A DNA stretch of 61,758 nt, the filler included, from Ionaspis alba (taxonomy: Eukaryota), in assembly GCA_964255285.1 (NCBI GenBank). It is 10 parts of 10 records of this genome, joined end to end, with 100 filler letters (N's around TTAATTAATTAA, not from the genome) between each part and the next. Parts side by side here need not be neighbours in the genome. Positions count along the whole stretch, not along the records: positions 1 to 6,115 come from CAXUUL010000947.1; positions 6,216 to 12,324 come from CAXUUL010000948.1; 8 more parts are not named here. One strand, written 5' to 3'. The translations under genes and the position numbers were made by a program. This document shows, piece after piece, positions 1 through 10,164 of this stretch. The stretch's first letter is position 1, and the number at the start of each line of letters is the position of its first letter. The notes under the pieces were generated by a model, which was not told the DNA's origin, made no database searches, and was given only the letters and a program-made list of their open reading frames with translations.

Positions 1-2291
1 GCGCGTTCCTCGCTGGCGATGACGCCGACGAGACCACCGGGTGGGAGGGCGGAAGCGGGTGATGGACCGCCGTAGACGGAGGGGGAGGCGGCCATGTTTT
101 CGCGGTTGGAGGGGTTGACGATGCTGGCGCCGAAGTAAGGATCTTTGGGGAGATTACGCGCGAAAGGGGGAAGCGAGCCACGGGGGCCGGTGCCGGCGAC
201 AGAGCCAGGTGCGATGGATGGAGGGGTGGGGTAAGCTTCGCTTTGGTAGCGGATGTTGGAGGCGGAAGACATGCGATTCAGGGCTGAGGGGGTGCGGTCT
301 TTGTTCGGGAAGCCGTGGGCGGCGAGGATGCCGAGGGGGATGTCGTCGTCTTCGTCGGAGGAGCTTTTGCCGCTTGAGCTCAGCTTGCTGGGGTCGTGAG
401 GGGGGTTGAGCAGAGAGAGGCGGGAGGTGAGGTCGGGGGTGCTTTGGCTGGTGCGGTTGAAGTTGGGACGGGAGCCAGGGGTGGGTAGGTCCGAGGGTTG
501 TTCGCCGGTGACTTTCATCATTCTTTGGCGGTAGACGGAGAGGCCGGCTTCTTGCTTGCGGCGTTGTTTGGTGATTTGTTTGATGCGCTCGGCTTCGTCG
601 TCGTCTTCGTCGCCGCCGCTGCCGTCGTCGGATTGGGCGCTTTTGGACGCGTTGCTCCAGCTTCGGGAGATTTCTTGTTGGCGCTTGTATTGCTCGAATT
701 GGGCTGGTGTCATCACTTTTCCTGATGTTGGTCTGTTGGCCGGTAGGATGTCTCCAATTTGGTATCGATGTGCTGATAGCGCCAAATCTCGAAACGAAAG
801 ATCATCGAGCATAGAGTCATCCGCAGCTGGTCCGCCTGTCTTTTTCGCTCGAGGAGTGGTATCGAGAGACTCTGCGCGCCAATTGCTCAGACTGTCTGTA
901 TCTCCATCATCACCATGGTTGAGTTTTATAGAGGGTTGGGCAACCGATATTTGGGAACTTTCTTGCGCCAAAGGTTTCCGAGGTATGGAGGGAACTCTAG
1001 TATGCTTCGGAGGGGCCTTCGAAGCCTTGTCAAGTCTTCGACTGGCTTTGATGGATTCCATCACCAAAGCAGAATCCGCATCCGAGAGTGGCGTTGAATT
1101 CCGATTGGCAGCACTACCTCTTCGAAGCGCAGATTCCGGCCGTTGTAGCCTCGTTTGGCTCGACGGACTATCAAATTGCCTGCTAGGAGGTCCGGACTGA
1201 TCTTCATAGCCAAAACCTCCTTGCTCTAAACGAGGACTACTGTTGTCCATCAACCCATCCTGCGAAGTATGACTATAGTTGGAATGTGGTGAGTCAATGA
1301 GAGGTCGCGTTCGATCGAAACCGAGTGGAGGTGGTGTATAAGGTAAGTGTTTGTTCAAGTAAGGAGATACGCCATTGGGTCCACTAGAATGGTTCTAGTA
1401 ACTTGGTATTAGTGGTCTTCTGCGTACAAGTCAATTGCCATCTATCACTCACCATGTCCTCTACAGCAAAGGATTCCGGACTCCTAGAAACCGCGCTTCG
1501 AGAAGTTCCAATGCCTGCAAACATATCCCCAAATCCGTCTCGATCGTCCGAGGGCCCAAAACCCAAGTCTGTGTCTAACAGTTTCGGTGGTGTTGCCGTA
1601 CTCGCACTCGCATAGCTTGTTTCTGTCAAAGCCCTTGGTCTCGAAACGTAGGCTGGATCTGGCGTGATGATAGGAGGTGTATTCTGACGTGGTGAAGGCG
1701 TTGCAGGAGCAACTTTTCGAGCTGGCTCGGCAAGCTGTGCTGCTTGCGCTGCCTGAGTTGCTTTTCTCCCAAACGAGAATGCTCGGTTCGAACGAGAGAA
1801 GAAGCTGGATTGAGTAGCGGGTATAGGTGGGATGGGAAGACTGTGTGTCTGCTTTGGATGTGCGTGAGGAGAATGGTCTGGACTTTCTTCGACGGATGAG
1901 GATGAAGGTAATGTCGAGGACGAGCTGAACCGCGCTGAAGCTGACGAATTATCGTTTTGGGTACCACTCGAAGAGGAATTATGCGTGCCTCCACTACCGC
2001 TAAAAGAATCAGTACAATGCACATGCCAGATGCCTCCAAGTCCTCTCACCGATTATTAAGACTTGGACCCGGCCGGCCGAGATCGAAAGATTTGTTCTCA
2101 AGATTCTGTCCCTCGCTCAACGGCCGTCCCTGGCTCAGGCGCTTTAAGCTATTTCCTCCATCAAAAGACTTGCTTCCGTTTGGTGGGCGCTCGAAAACGC
2201 GGAATGATGGCTGTGGTGGATTCTGCACCTCTTCTAAAGCGTTCCCGGATGACTTCCGACGAGGGAAGCCTTTTGGTAATTTGATCGGCAT
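1..2291 (-). CDS. Conserved fungal Ser/Pro-rich hypothetical protein, multi-exon, 3' end runs off the window
   Basis: ATG at 2291 gives MPIKLPKGFPRRKSSGNALEEV. GTGAG donors near 2049 and 1453 with matching AG acceptors near 1999 and 1384. Low-complexity coding-like sequence continues to base 1. Confidence 0.7.
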
Positions 2292-4066
2292 GAAGTTTGT
2301 ATATACAAGGGGAATCGTTGCGTAAGGACTTGTATCAGTCAAGGGCGATCTGTGGTGGAAGGCAGTTGACTCCAATAGATTAATTGTTTGATCCAACTAT
2401 ATGCTATTGAATCCTTCTGGTCTCGTATCTTGTATCAAGTTGGTTCAAGCAAAATGGAACGAGTGTGGGGGAAACGAGTGTGCTGAGCTCGAGTGATGAG
2501 TCTAGCTGGGTTGTTGCTATCGGATCATTGAATGCAAGGCGGAGCGGCTTCGTGCAGCATGGACTTCCGACCTGTGCTTAGCCGTTGCCTAGTACCGTAA
2601 AGGGGATTCTTGAGTTGCGTGAACGTGATTTTTGCGGTTTCAGGATTGTGTTTTGAAGCTGTAGGAGTGGGCGATGAACCGGCTGTGCGACGGTAAGGGA
2701 AAGCCTTAGCAATGTTGTTGCCGTCGTTTAGGCAGAAGCTCCCATGAACGAACCGAGCGACTCCTTCTGAGCACTCGACGCGTTCTCAAGTCGAATTGAG
2801 GCCGTAGATGTGATTGTGGAAATGGTTGAGGAAAGATGACGGCGAAAGGGTTGTTGCTGAAGTAATGGGTTGCAATCCCTGAAGCCCGAATTAGAACAGG
2901 CTGGGGAGAGTGAGGAAAAAAACAAGCGAAGAGAGCCGTCGAAGGGAACAGGGGAGAAGCATGGGTGGGATCTACATGTGCCGGCTCCTTCGCCCACGTA
3001 CCTGAAAAAAGCGGAGGGATGAGCGAGGGTAAGAAGGACGAACAATAATGCAACAAGATAGACCAAAGGTTCGAGGCTGTTGATAGTATTGTAGCGACTG
3101 GAGATTATCATGCAAGAANNNNNNNNNNNNNNNNNNNNNNNNNNNNNNNNNNNNNNNNNNNNNNNNNNNNNNNNNNNNNNNNNNNNNNNNNNNNNNNNNN
3201 NNNNNNNNNNNNNNNNNNAGTGAGTGCTTGTTATTCGGCCTCAAAGTGGAGAAAAGAGTGGAAAGCATGGACGACGCACTCCTTCTGTGGGTTTCCTACA
3301 CATCATGCGGCTTTTCCTTCCTGTCGTGCATTGTACGACGGGCTGACTGGACCTCCTTCCTACATGGACTCACATAAACACACATCCACAACCTGCATGA
3401 TTGAAATTGAGGGGAACGTGCTTCTTCGGCTTCTTCATCGTTCTACTGGGTCCAATTGTTTTACAATGCTACCAAACATGCTTCTCATGGTAGAGTTTCA
3501 GTAATTGGAGCGAGCGTTAACCACAACCTTATAATGACGGACTACATGACTACCTGTGATAGGTTCGAAGACCAGTGAGTGACATAACATAAAGAAAGAA
3601 ACACGTGTGCCGTCATGATGGAGGCTAGCAAGACCAAGGCACGATATCCAAATTCCGAAAGCCTGGTTTACTGCCCTCCCACTACTGAACGAAAGACGAC
3701 GCTCCCCCACAAAATTCCACCACTTAGGGGGGCCACTGGGGAGGAGGCGAGCGAACAGCAACGACGATCAATTAATTTTAGGAACGCCCGAACCACGCTA
3801 GGGAGCCGCGGAGGCTCAATTGGGAAGTCCCCAGTGGAACACAAATCTCGGGGATCTTCAAGACCGTCTCTGCTTGGAAATTGGCCCTCTCTCGGTCTTC
3901 GGGTAGGTGAGATTCAGGAACGGGACAAATGTATTTTCTGACGTGATACTCAAAATGCTACTAGCTGCGAACTAGCTTATGGGGCCAGTGATACCAATAC
4001 TAAATGTTCCATGAGACGTTATTGATATCGGACATTTTGTTCCAGGGATTTGTTAATCTAGCAACC

Positions 4067-5363
4067 ATGCGGTCCTCATCTGCATATCTTATTCCGTGCT
4101 GTACATTATTACTGCTTGCAACTCAATGGCTTCAATTATCCACAGCCACTTCCCCGCATGATCAACAGCAGCCATTAGACCATCACCACCAACCCTCCGA
4201 GCATGACAAACCTACTAACCTCTCAAGCCCACTCTTCGTCCTCCACCGGGACCTCATCAAAATCGAATCCATCTCCGGCAACGAGCACGCCGTGGGCAAA
4301 TACCTCTCCGACTACCTCACCGGCCACAACTTTACCGTCGACAGACAAGAAGTCGAGCCCTTGAAATCAAAACCAAAACACAATTCTCCCCAACTTATAT
4401 CTCCCCCCTCACCCCGCTGGAACATCCTCGCCTACCACGGCTCCTCTCGCAAAAGCCGCGTTCTGGTCTCAAGTCACATCGACACCGTCCCGCCCTTCCA
4501 CCCTTACGATGTCCGCCCCGGCAACGACATCTGGGGCCGCGGCAGCGTCGACGCCAAAGGCTGCGTCGCCACACAAATAATCGCCGTCTCAGAGCTACTC
4601 GCCTCCAACGAAATCATCGATGGCGACGTCGCCTTACTCTTCGTCGTGGGCGAAGAAATCGGCGGCGACGGAATGCGCAAAGCCAACTCCTTGGGCCTGT
4701 CCTGGGAAACCGTCATCTTCGGGGAGCCGACGGAACTGAAACTAGCATCGGGCCACAAGGGGGCGTTTGCGTTCTCTGTTGGTGCGAAGGGGAAGGCCGG
4801 TCATAGCGGCTATCCGTGGTTGGGGGAGAGTGCGAATTCGATGCTGATACCGGCGCTGGCGGTGCTGGATAAGTTGGAACTGCCGGGATCGGAGAAGTAT
4901 GGGAATACGACGGTGAATATTGGGAGGATGGAGGGCGGGGTGGCGGGGAATGTGATTGCGGAGGAGGCGAGTGCGCAGATTCAGATGCGCTTGGCTTCGG
5001 GGACGGCGGAGGAGGCGAAGAAGGCGGTTGTTGAGGCGGTGGGGGAGGTTGATGAGAGGCTGGAGTTGGAGTTCTTGTCGAGGGGGTACGGGCCTGTGGA
5101 TATTGATAGTGATGTTGAGGGTAGGGAAAATTGCTTGTCCCCTTTTTTGGTGTCCTTACTGAGAACCTTTTCTAGGCTTTGAAAAGATCGTCGTCAATTA
5201 CGGAACGGACATTCCAAACCTCGACGGAGACCACAAGAGATATCTTTACGGTCCAGGCTCCATTCTCGTTGCTCATTCTGACCACGAGCATGTACTCGCC
5301 CGTGATCTTGAAGAGGCAGTGGAAGGATATAAAAAATTGATTCGAGCCGCTCTTAAAAGATAG
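4067..5363 (+). CDS. Secreted/vacuolar M20-family metallopeptidase (ArgE/DapE-like carboxypeptidase)
   Basis: Signal-like N-terminus. Motifs [40 protein letters not shown]. Intron 5121-5175, then exon NYGTDIPNL...[16 protein letters not shown] to TAG at 5361-5363. Confidence 0.92.
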
Positions 5364-5441
5364 TGGGGCTGATAGGCTGCATATAACACATCTATGTCAG
5401 AAAGGACAATCTGTGTCCGATCTCTGGAGCTCTACAAGTAT

Positions 5442-6115
5442 TCAACGATCTTTCCCCGTCAGATCTCTACACAGCGGACTCTCACCAATCTCCTCAAATC
5501 CCCTCGCCCACCACAACCTCTTCTCCTTACCTTTCACTGCCTCCTCACTAAACCTCCCAATCCATTCACACGGCACACCCACCCTCTCCAAACACTCCAA
5601 ACACTCCCTCTGCCCACTCCCCATCTCATGACCTCTAATACAAATCCCCACATCAACAGCCAACAATGCCTCTAAGTCCGTGACACTATCCCCCACAAAG
5701 ACACTAAAACCAGTTCTCCTACCCTCTCCTCGCTCTTCTACAGTAGGATCAGAAAGCTCATCCCTCACAATCCTCGCCTTATCCCCCGCCGTCCATATCC
5801 CCTTCTCCCCAAAGAACCTGCCCAATCCACCAGCACTACCTTCCGCATCATCCAGTCCCTCGATCTCATTAGCAAAGATCTTGATCTTATCCAAATCCCC
5901 CATTTCCAAGCATTTCTCTGCAGACTGATCTCCTGCATACTCCCTTCCTTCCAAGCCCCCTTCATCCTCTGCTCTAATACCCAACTCCACATCCGCCCTC
6001 ATACAAGCCCCAATCCACTCCGCCGACCAATTCACACTCACAACCCCCACCTCCCCGCCATTCCCAAGCACGCTCCCAACAAGTCCTTGCCAGCCATCTC
6101 TAAACACCACATCCC
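5442..6115 (-). CDS. HAD-superfamily hydrolase (Cto1/thiamine-phosphate-phosphatase-like), 5'-truncated at scaffold end
   Basis: VVSVNWSAEWI, ANEIEG and FVGDSVTDLEALLAVDVGICI (HAD motif IV) in ORF 5442..6110. Motif I is missing beyond the linker. Confidence 0.8.
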
Positions 6116-6215
6116 NNNNNNNNNNNNNNNNNNNNNNNNNNNNNNNNNNNNNNNNNNNNTTAATTAATTAANNNNNNNNNNNNNNNNNNNNNNNNNNNNN
6201 NNNNNNNNNNNNNNN
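6116..6215. other. Artificial scaffold-joining linker (N44-TTAATTAATTAA-N44); identical linkers at 12325-12424, 18527-18626, 24717-24816, 30903-31002, 37086-37185, 43262-43361, 49437-49536, 55602-55701
   Basis: 100-nt spacer whose 12-mer gives stop codons in all six frames. Intervening segment lengths fall monotonically from 6115 to 6057 bp. Confidence 0.98.
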
Positions 6216-6257
6216 GAGGATGGGTTTGGCGTGCGGGGAGGTGGGGTGGGGTGCCAT
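6216..6257 (-). CDS. Possible first codons of an unidentified gene running off the scaffold edge
   Basis: ATG at 6257 (MAPHPTSPHAKPIL) preceded by a C/A-rich leader typical of fungal 5' UTRs. Too short to identify. Confidence 0.35.
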
Positions 6258-7947
6258 TGGGATGGTGATGGCGGTGGTTATCGGGTGTTTTGCGGTTGTG
6301 GGTGATTTGTGGCTGGTGGTTGGCGACAGCGTTGTGAATCGAGGCTTTGATGGATACGAGAGTCGTTGAACAACGCGTTTGCTTTCCTTGAGAGGAGATT
6401 GTGGCTGGCCTGGCGTGGTTGAGTTGTAAAGACGCAGTGGTTGTGGGAGGCAGTGAGAGCGGAGGAAGAAAGAGCGCAGCGAAGGCGAGGAAGAGAGAGA
6501 TAACAATTAGCAACTAAGGCAGTTATTATATGCAACACTCTTGACCCGAGACAAAAGTATGAGTGTCGATGTTGCGCTGTTTTGAGTCGATGTTAGAAAT
6601 CAAGTATGTTGGTGCGAGTGTAGCTCAAACAGCAACAACAACAAGTTCCTGTCAGAGATAAAAAGGCAGAGCGAGTCCTTCCTTTCTTATTCGAAGGAGG
6701 GGCTGTCGGGGTGAAACGTGCGCGAGCTGGGAAAGAGCGAGAGCGTTGTTGGCACGTTGTTTTAGCTCCACTAACGAGCAGCAGCTGAACGACCTTCCAG
6801 GGAGTGCCAGGCCCTGTTCCCCGCTTCGGAACCTCTACACCGACTGGCCTCTCGCTTTCCCTCGTTCCATAGAGCAGGCATCTCTCAACACGGGCTGCAA
6901 GCTGCTGCAAGCTCCTGCAGCTCGTGTGATTTGGCTCTCTCGCTGACTGGTCGGATGGAGACCGCGATGTGCTGGACCGGCATGTGCGTGCGCTACAGGG
7001 AGGCTCTTGGTCCAATCTCGCCCTCTGGGAACGCCATTCCTTCTGCCCTAGCCGTCGAGGGAACGAGAGGGAATTTCCGCTTTGGCGAGATTGGGATGCG
7101 TCAGACGGTGAGCTGAGACGGTGAGTTCGCCGACCAACGAGAGTGGCTCGTTTAGGCGAGTCGGGTGCTTGCTATAGTGAGCCAGATGACAAGACTTGGC
7201 TCGTGTGGTAAGGACTAGGACTAGTGTCATGTCATGCCTGGAAATAGAAACCACGTTGTTGTTATTGGCGTTGCCGGAGATTGGGGATGAAGGATCGAGG
7301 GGATCGCGCCTTGTGGGAATACGGACGTAGATTGTGAACGGTAATAATGAGGGAGAAAGTGGGGGCAACTCCAAGACGTCAGATGCGTTTCAGAGTGAGG
7401 GTACCAACAGTTTTGGCACATGGCCATCCCATTCTTATTTGTCCTCGCATACACAAATAGATCCATGCTTCCAACTGCCACGGTTGACAAGAGGACCCCA
7501 CATTTGCAATTACTAAGATACTCAGTCTCCCGGCTCGTCTTCCAGATCGCTCGTCTCAGAATTGGGCATCGCCACGTTTGGGATCAAAATATGGAGAAAT
7601 CTTCAGACTGTTGAATGATCGGTCTGTTGTTGCCCAGTGTCATTTAAGGCACAATAATGCCTCATGGTTTCAAGCTGGTAGGAGCACACTGCCAAGTGTC
7701 TACTCCTAGATATGTAGATCATGCCTCAGAATGGTAGACGTGATGGGATCTTGGAGTTGGATTTATGGGGTGACATNNNNNNNNNNNNNNNNNNNNNNNN
7801 NNNNNNNNNNNNNNNNNNNNNNNNNNNNNNNNNNNNNNNNNNNNNNNNNNNNNNNNNNNNNNNNNNNNNNNNNNNNAATTATGAATGATAACAGACGGGA
7901 CGAACATATATGGATTAAACTCGAAGCGACAAAACAGCTTCCCTCAA

Positions 7948-9402
7948 CTACCTCGAAGCCGTATCATTCTGCCGCCTTCCCCCCACTCGTCTGATAGCTT
8001 CCCTGATAACCGAAGCCGCGATATCAGGCACCCCTCTCCCGCCACCCTCATCCCTCGCCAACACGTATCGTGTGGGAGCCTCCATCAATCCAGGCCAGAT
8101 ATCGACCGGCAAGAAATCCCCCTGTTCCAGCCGAAACGCCTCTCTCTCGGCTACATCTTCACTTCTCAAGGCCTCGATCTTACTCAAAGCGTCCTGCGCC
8201 ACCTTTGCCATCTTCACCTCCATGGCTTTCCGCCGCCCGACTTCGATAATCAGGTTGTCGTAGGCGGAGAGGAATCCGACATAGAAGTGGCAGACGCTGT
8301 CGAGCTCGGTCATGCGGTCTTCGATTTTGGCTTTTTCTTCGTCCCAGCGGAGCAGGAAGATGTGGCTTTGCGTGATGTAGGATGGCAGCTTGTTTCCCAC
8401 TTCTTCCAACATTTTGAATGCGGTGTTGTTCCTGGCGAGCTCGTCGGAGAGGCGGTCGCTGTGCTCACTCACTCGTTCGTAGTCGGCTTCCATTTCGGTG
8501 CTCCGATCGCGGATTTCCATGACTACTTCCTCGACTTCGCTGGCGTCTTTTTCCAGTATGGCTAACATGTCTTGCTTTTCTTCCTCGCTCATTGGCTCAA
8601 GCGACATGTCGCTCTTGTCCAGGCCTAAATCCATATCTTCGGGCAAATCGCTTGTGACTTTCCGAGCTGCGGCGCCTCCTCCCTCGGTGTGTTTGATAGC
8701 CGTGACACAAACATCGAAATGCTTGACGAGACTTTCTAGATTGTCCGCCATCTCTTGTGCTCGCTCCTCCATCCTATGTAGAATATGAGGGATCGGAGAC
8801 TGTAGCCCTTCTCCCGGATCGTCGAAAGTCGTCTTTCCTGCTTTTGACCCAAGCATGCTTCGTATGTTGGAGACCTCATCCTCCAGTGCCTGGTTTGATT
8901 CCGAATAGACCTTCGTAGCGTCCTGCGTAGCATCAATGCTCTCCTTTATTGTCCCAAGCAAATTCCCAACGCCTGTCTCGTCCAGAAAGTCAGCCAAACT
9001 TCTACCAGGCTCGCCTTCTGGCCTAAGACTGGACTCAATCATCGTGGCTCTTAATTGGTCCAGTGTCTTGTTCAGCTTTGTGTCCGCGGCGTCTAGGTCA
9101 TCGACGACTGCCTGGAACTCCTTGTTGACTTCTTGCGCTATACTCTGATTTTGGTTCTGGACACGATCGAGGATCTGTACTTGTGCCTGACAACCATGTT
9201 GGAGGAAGATGATGCGAGCTGTGGTTATGATGTGGGATTCAAGCGCCTGCCGTGTATTGTTCACAATATCGTTAGCTCGATAGACTTGCTCGACACAAGA
9301 CAGTGATCGCTTTGCTGCTAGTAGATGTGTGACCAATGTATCAAGGGACGGCGAGGAGGGATGAGCTTCGTCGGAATGCAGACTTGAGGTTGACGAGGCC
9401 AT
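7948..9402 (-). CDS. atg17: Autophagy-related protein 17
   Basis: 484-aa coiled-coil ORF with LVTHLLAAKRSLS, MADNLESLVKHFDVCVTAIKHTEGG, AYDNLIIEVGRR and QGDFLPVDIWPGL, typical of filamentous-fungal Atg17. Confidence 0.92.
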   Translation of the reverse strand: MASSTSSLHSDEAHPSSPSLDTLVTHLLAAKRSLSCVEQVYRANDIVNNTRQALESHIITTARIIFLQHGCQAQVQILDRVQNQNQSIAQEVNKEFQAVVDDLDAADTKLNKTLDQLRATMIESSLRPEGEPGRSLADFLDETGVGNLLGTIKESIDATQDATKVYSESNQALEDEVSNIRSMLGSKAGKTTFDDPGEGLQSPIPHILHRMEERAQEMADNLESLVKHFDVCVTAIKHTEGGGAAARKVTSDLPEDMDLGLDKSDMSLEPMSEEEKQDMLAILEKDASEVEEVVMEIRDRSTEMEADYERVSEHSDRLSDELARNNTAFKMLEEVGNKLPSYITQSHIFLLRWDEEKAKIEDRMTELDSVCHFYVGFLSAYDNLIIEVGRRKAMEVKMAKVAQDALSKIEALRSEDVAEREAFRLEQGDFLPVDIWPGLMEAPTRYVLARDEGGGRGVPDIAASVIREAIRRVGGRRQNDTASR

Positions 9403-10164
9403 TGGGAGTGAAGAGCCGCTGTTGCCCGTGCATCAGGGCACTGTTGACATCGGAAGGCTAGTCAAGGAGGCGGTAGTACGCAAGAGCAAGCTGATGAGTG
9501 ATGGTATAGACGCTTAGAGCTTACGAGAGCCATGCCTCGTAAGTAAACTCAACGTTCACGTAGATTGCTCTGCGAGTTAGTAGCAATTATCAACAGTGGT
9601 GTAGCGGAAAAGCAAGCTAAAGCTCGAAAACTGAGCATATAATGAGGGCCACCTCAGGATATGAATGCATGAAGCAGTTTTATCATGCCGATCAGTCTGG
9701 TAGCTCGCCGTTGCACAAGCTGTCAGCCTCAACCTTCCCTACACGCCTCAACCTTTGCACGCGTGGAAGATATACCTTGGACGCTAAAGGCTTAGCGTGC
9801 TGTCATGCATGCCCATCGCTTGGCAGTGTTGTGGCTGAAAGTGGAGGAGGGCAGCAGGGAGATATTATCCCGCAGCAGCGGACAGAAAGCATGCGACCAC
9901 TATTATCGCATCTGCAAATATCCTGGGAACACATCTCACCTCTCACAACTTGGTTGGGCGAACCAGCTTGTCGAACAGGGTGTTCGTGGTTCGGTGTTGA
10001 GATCAAAACGAATCGCGATCGCACGCCATCGATGGCGAATATTCGACTGAGCCAACAATGAAAGTCTTGACCCCGACTGGTCGACAACTTTGATCCTTAC
10101 ATTTGCTTCAAAATATATGATATATGGGGTTTGCTGAGGGACTATTATACCTTTGCTCAGAATA

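Noticed and set aside
556..1200. Long antisense ORFs (e.g. 556-1200, 7885-8565, 17721-18227, 26705-27058)
   Set aside because: Shadow frames of real genes on the opposite strand, favoured by GC-rich biased codon use.
3820..3990. RNase P/MRP-like motif GGGAAGTCCCCAGTGGAAC
   Set aside because: No convincing matching CR-V/P4 partner sequence downstream. Only a covariance-model search could rescue it.
5442..6257. HAD gene apparently continuing across the linker to the ATG at 6257
   Set aside because: The linker joins size-sorted, unrelated scaffolds, so the apparent continuity is coincidental.
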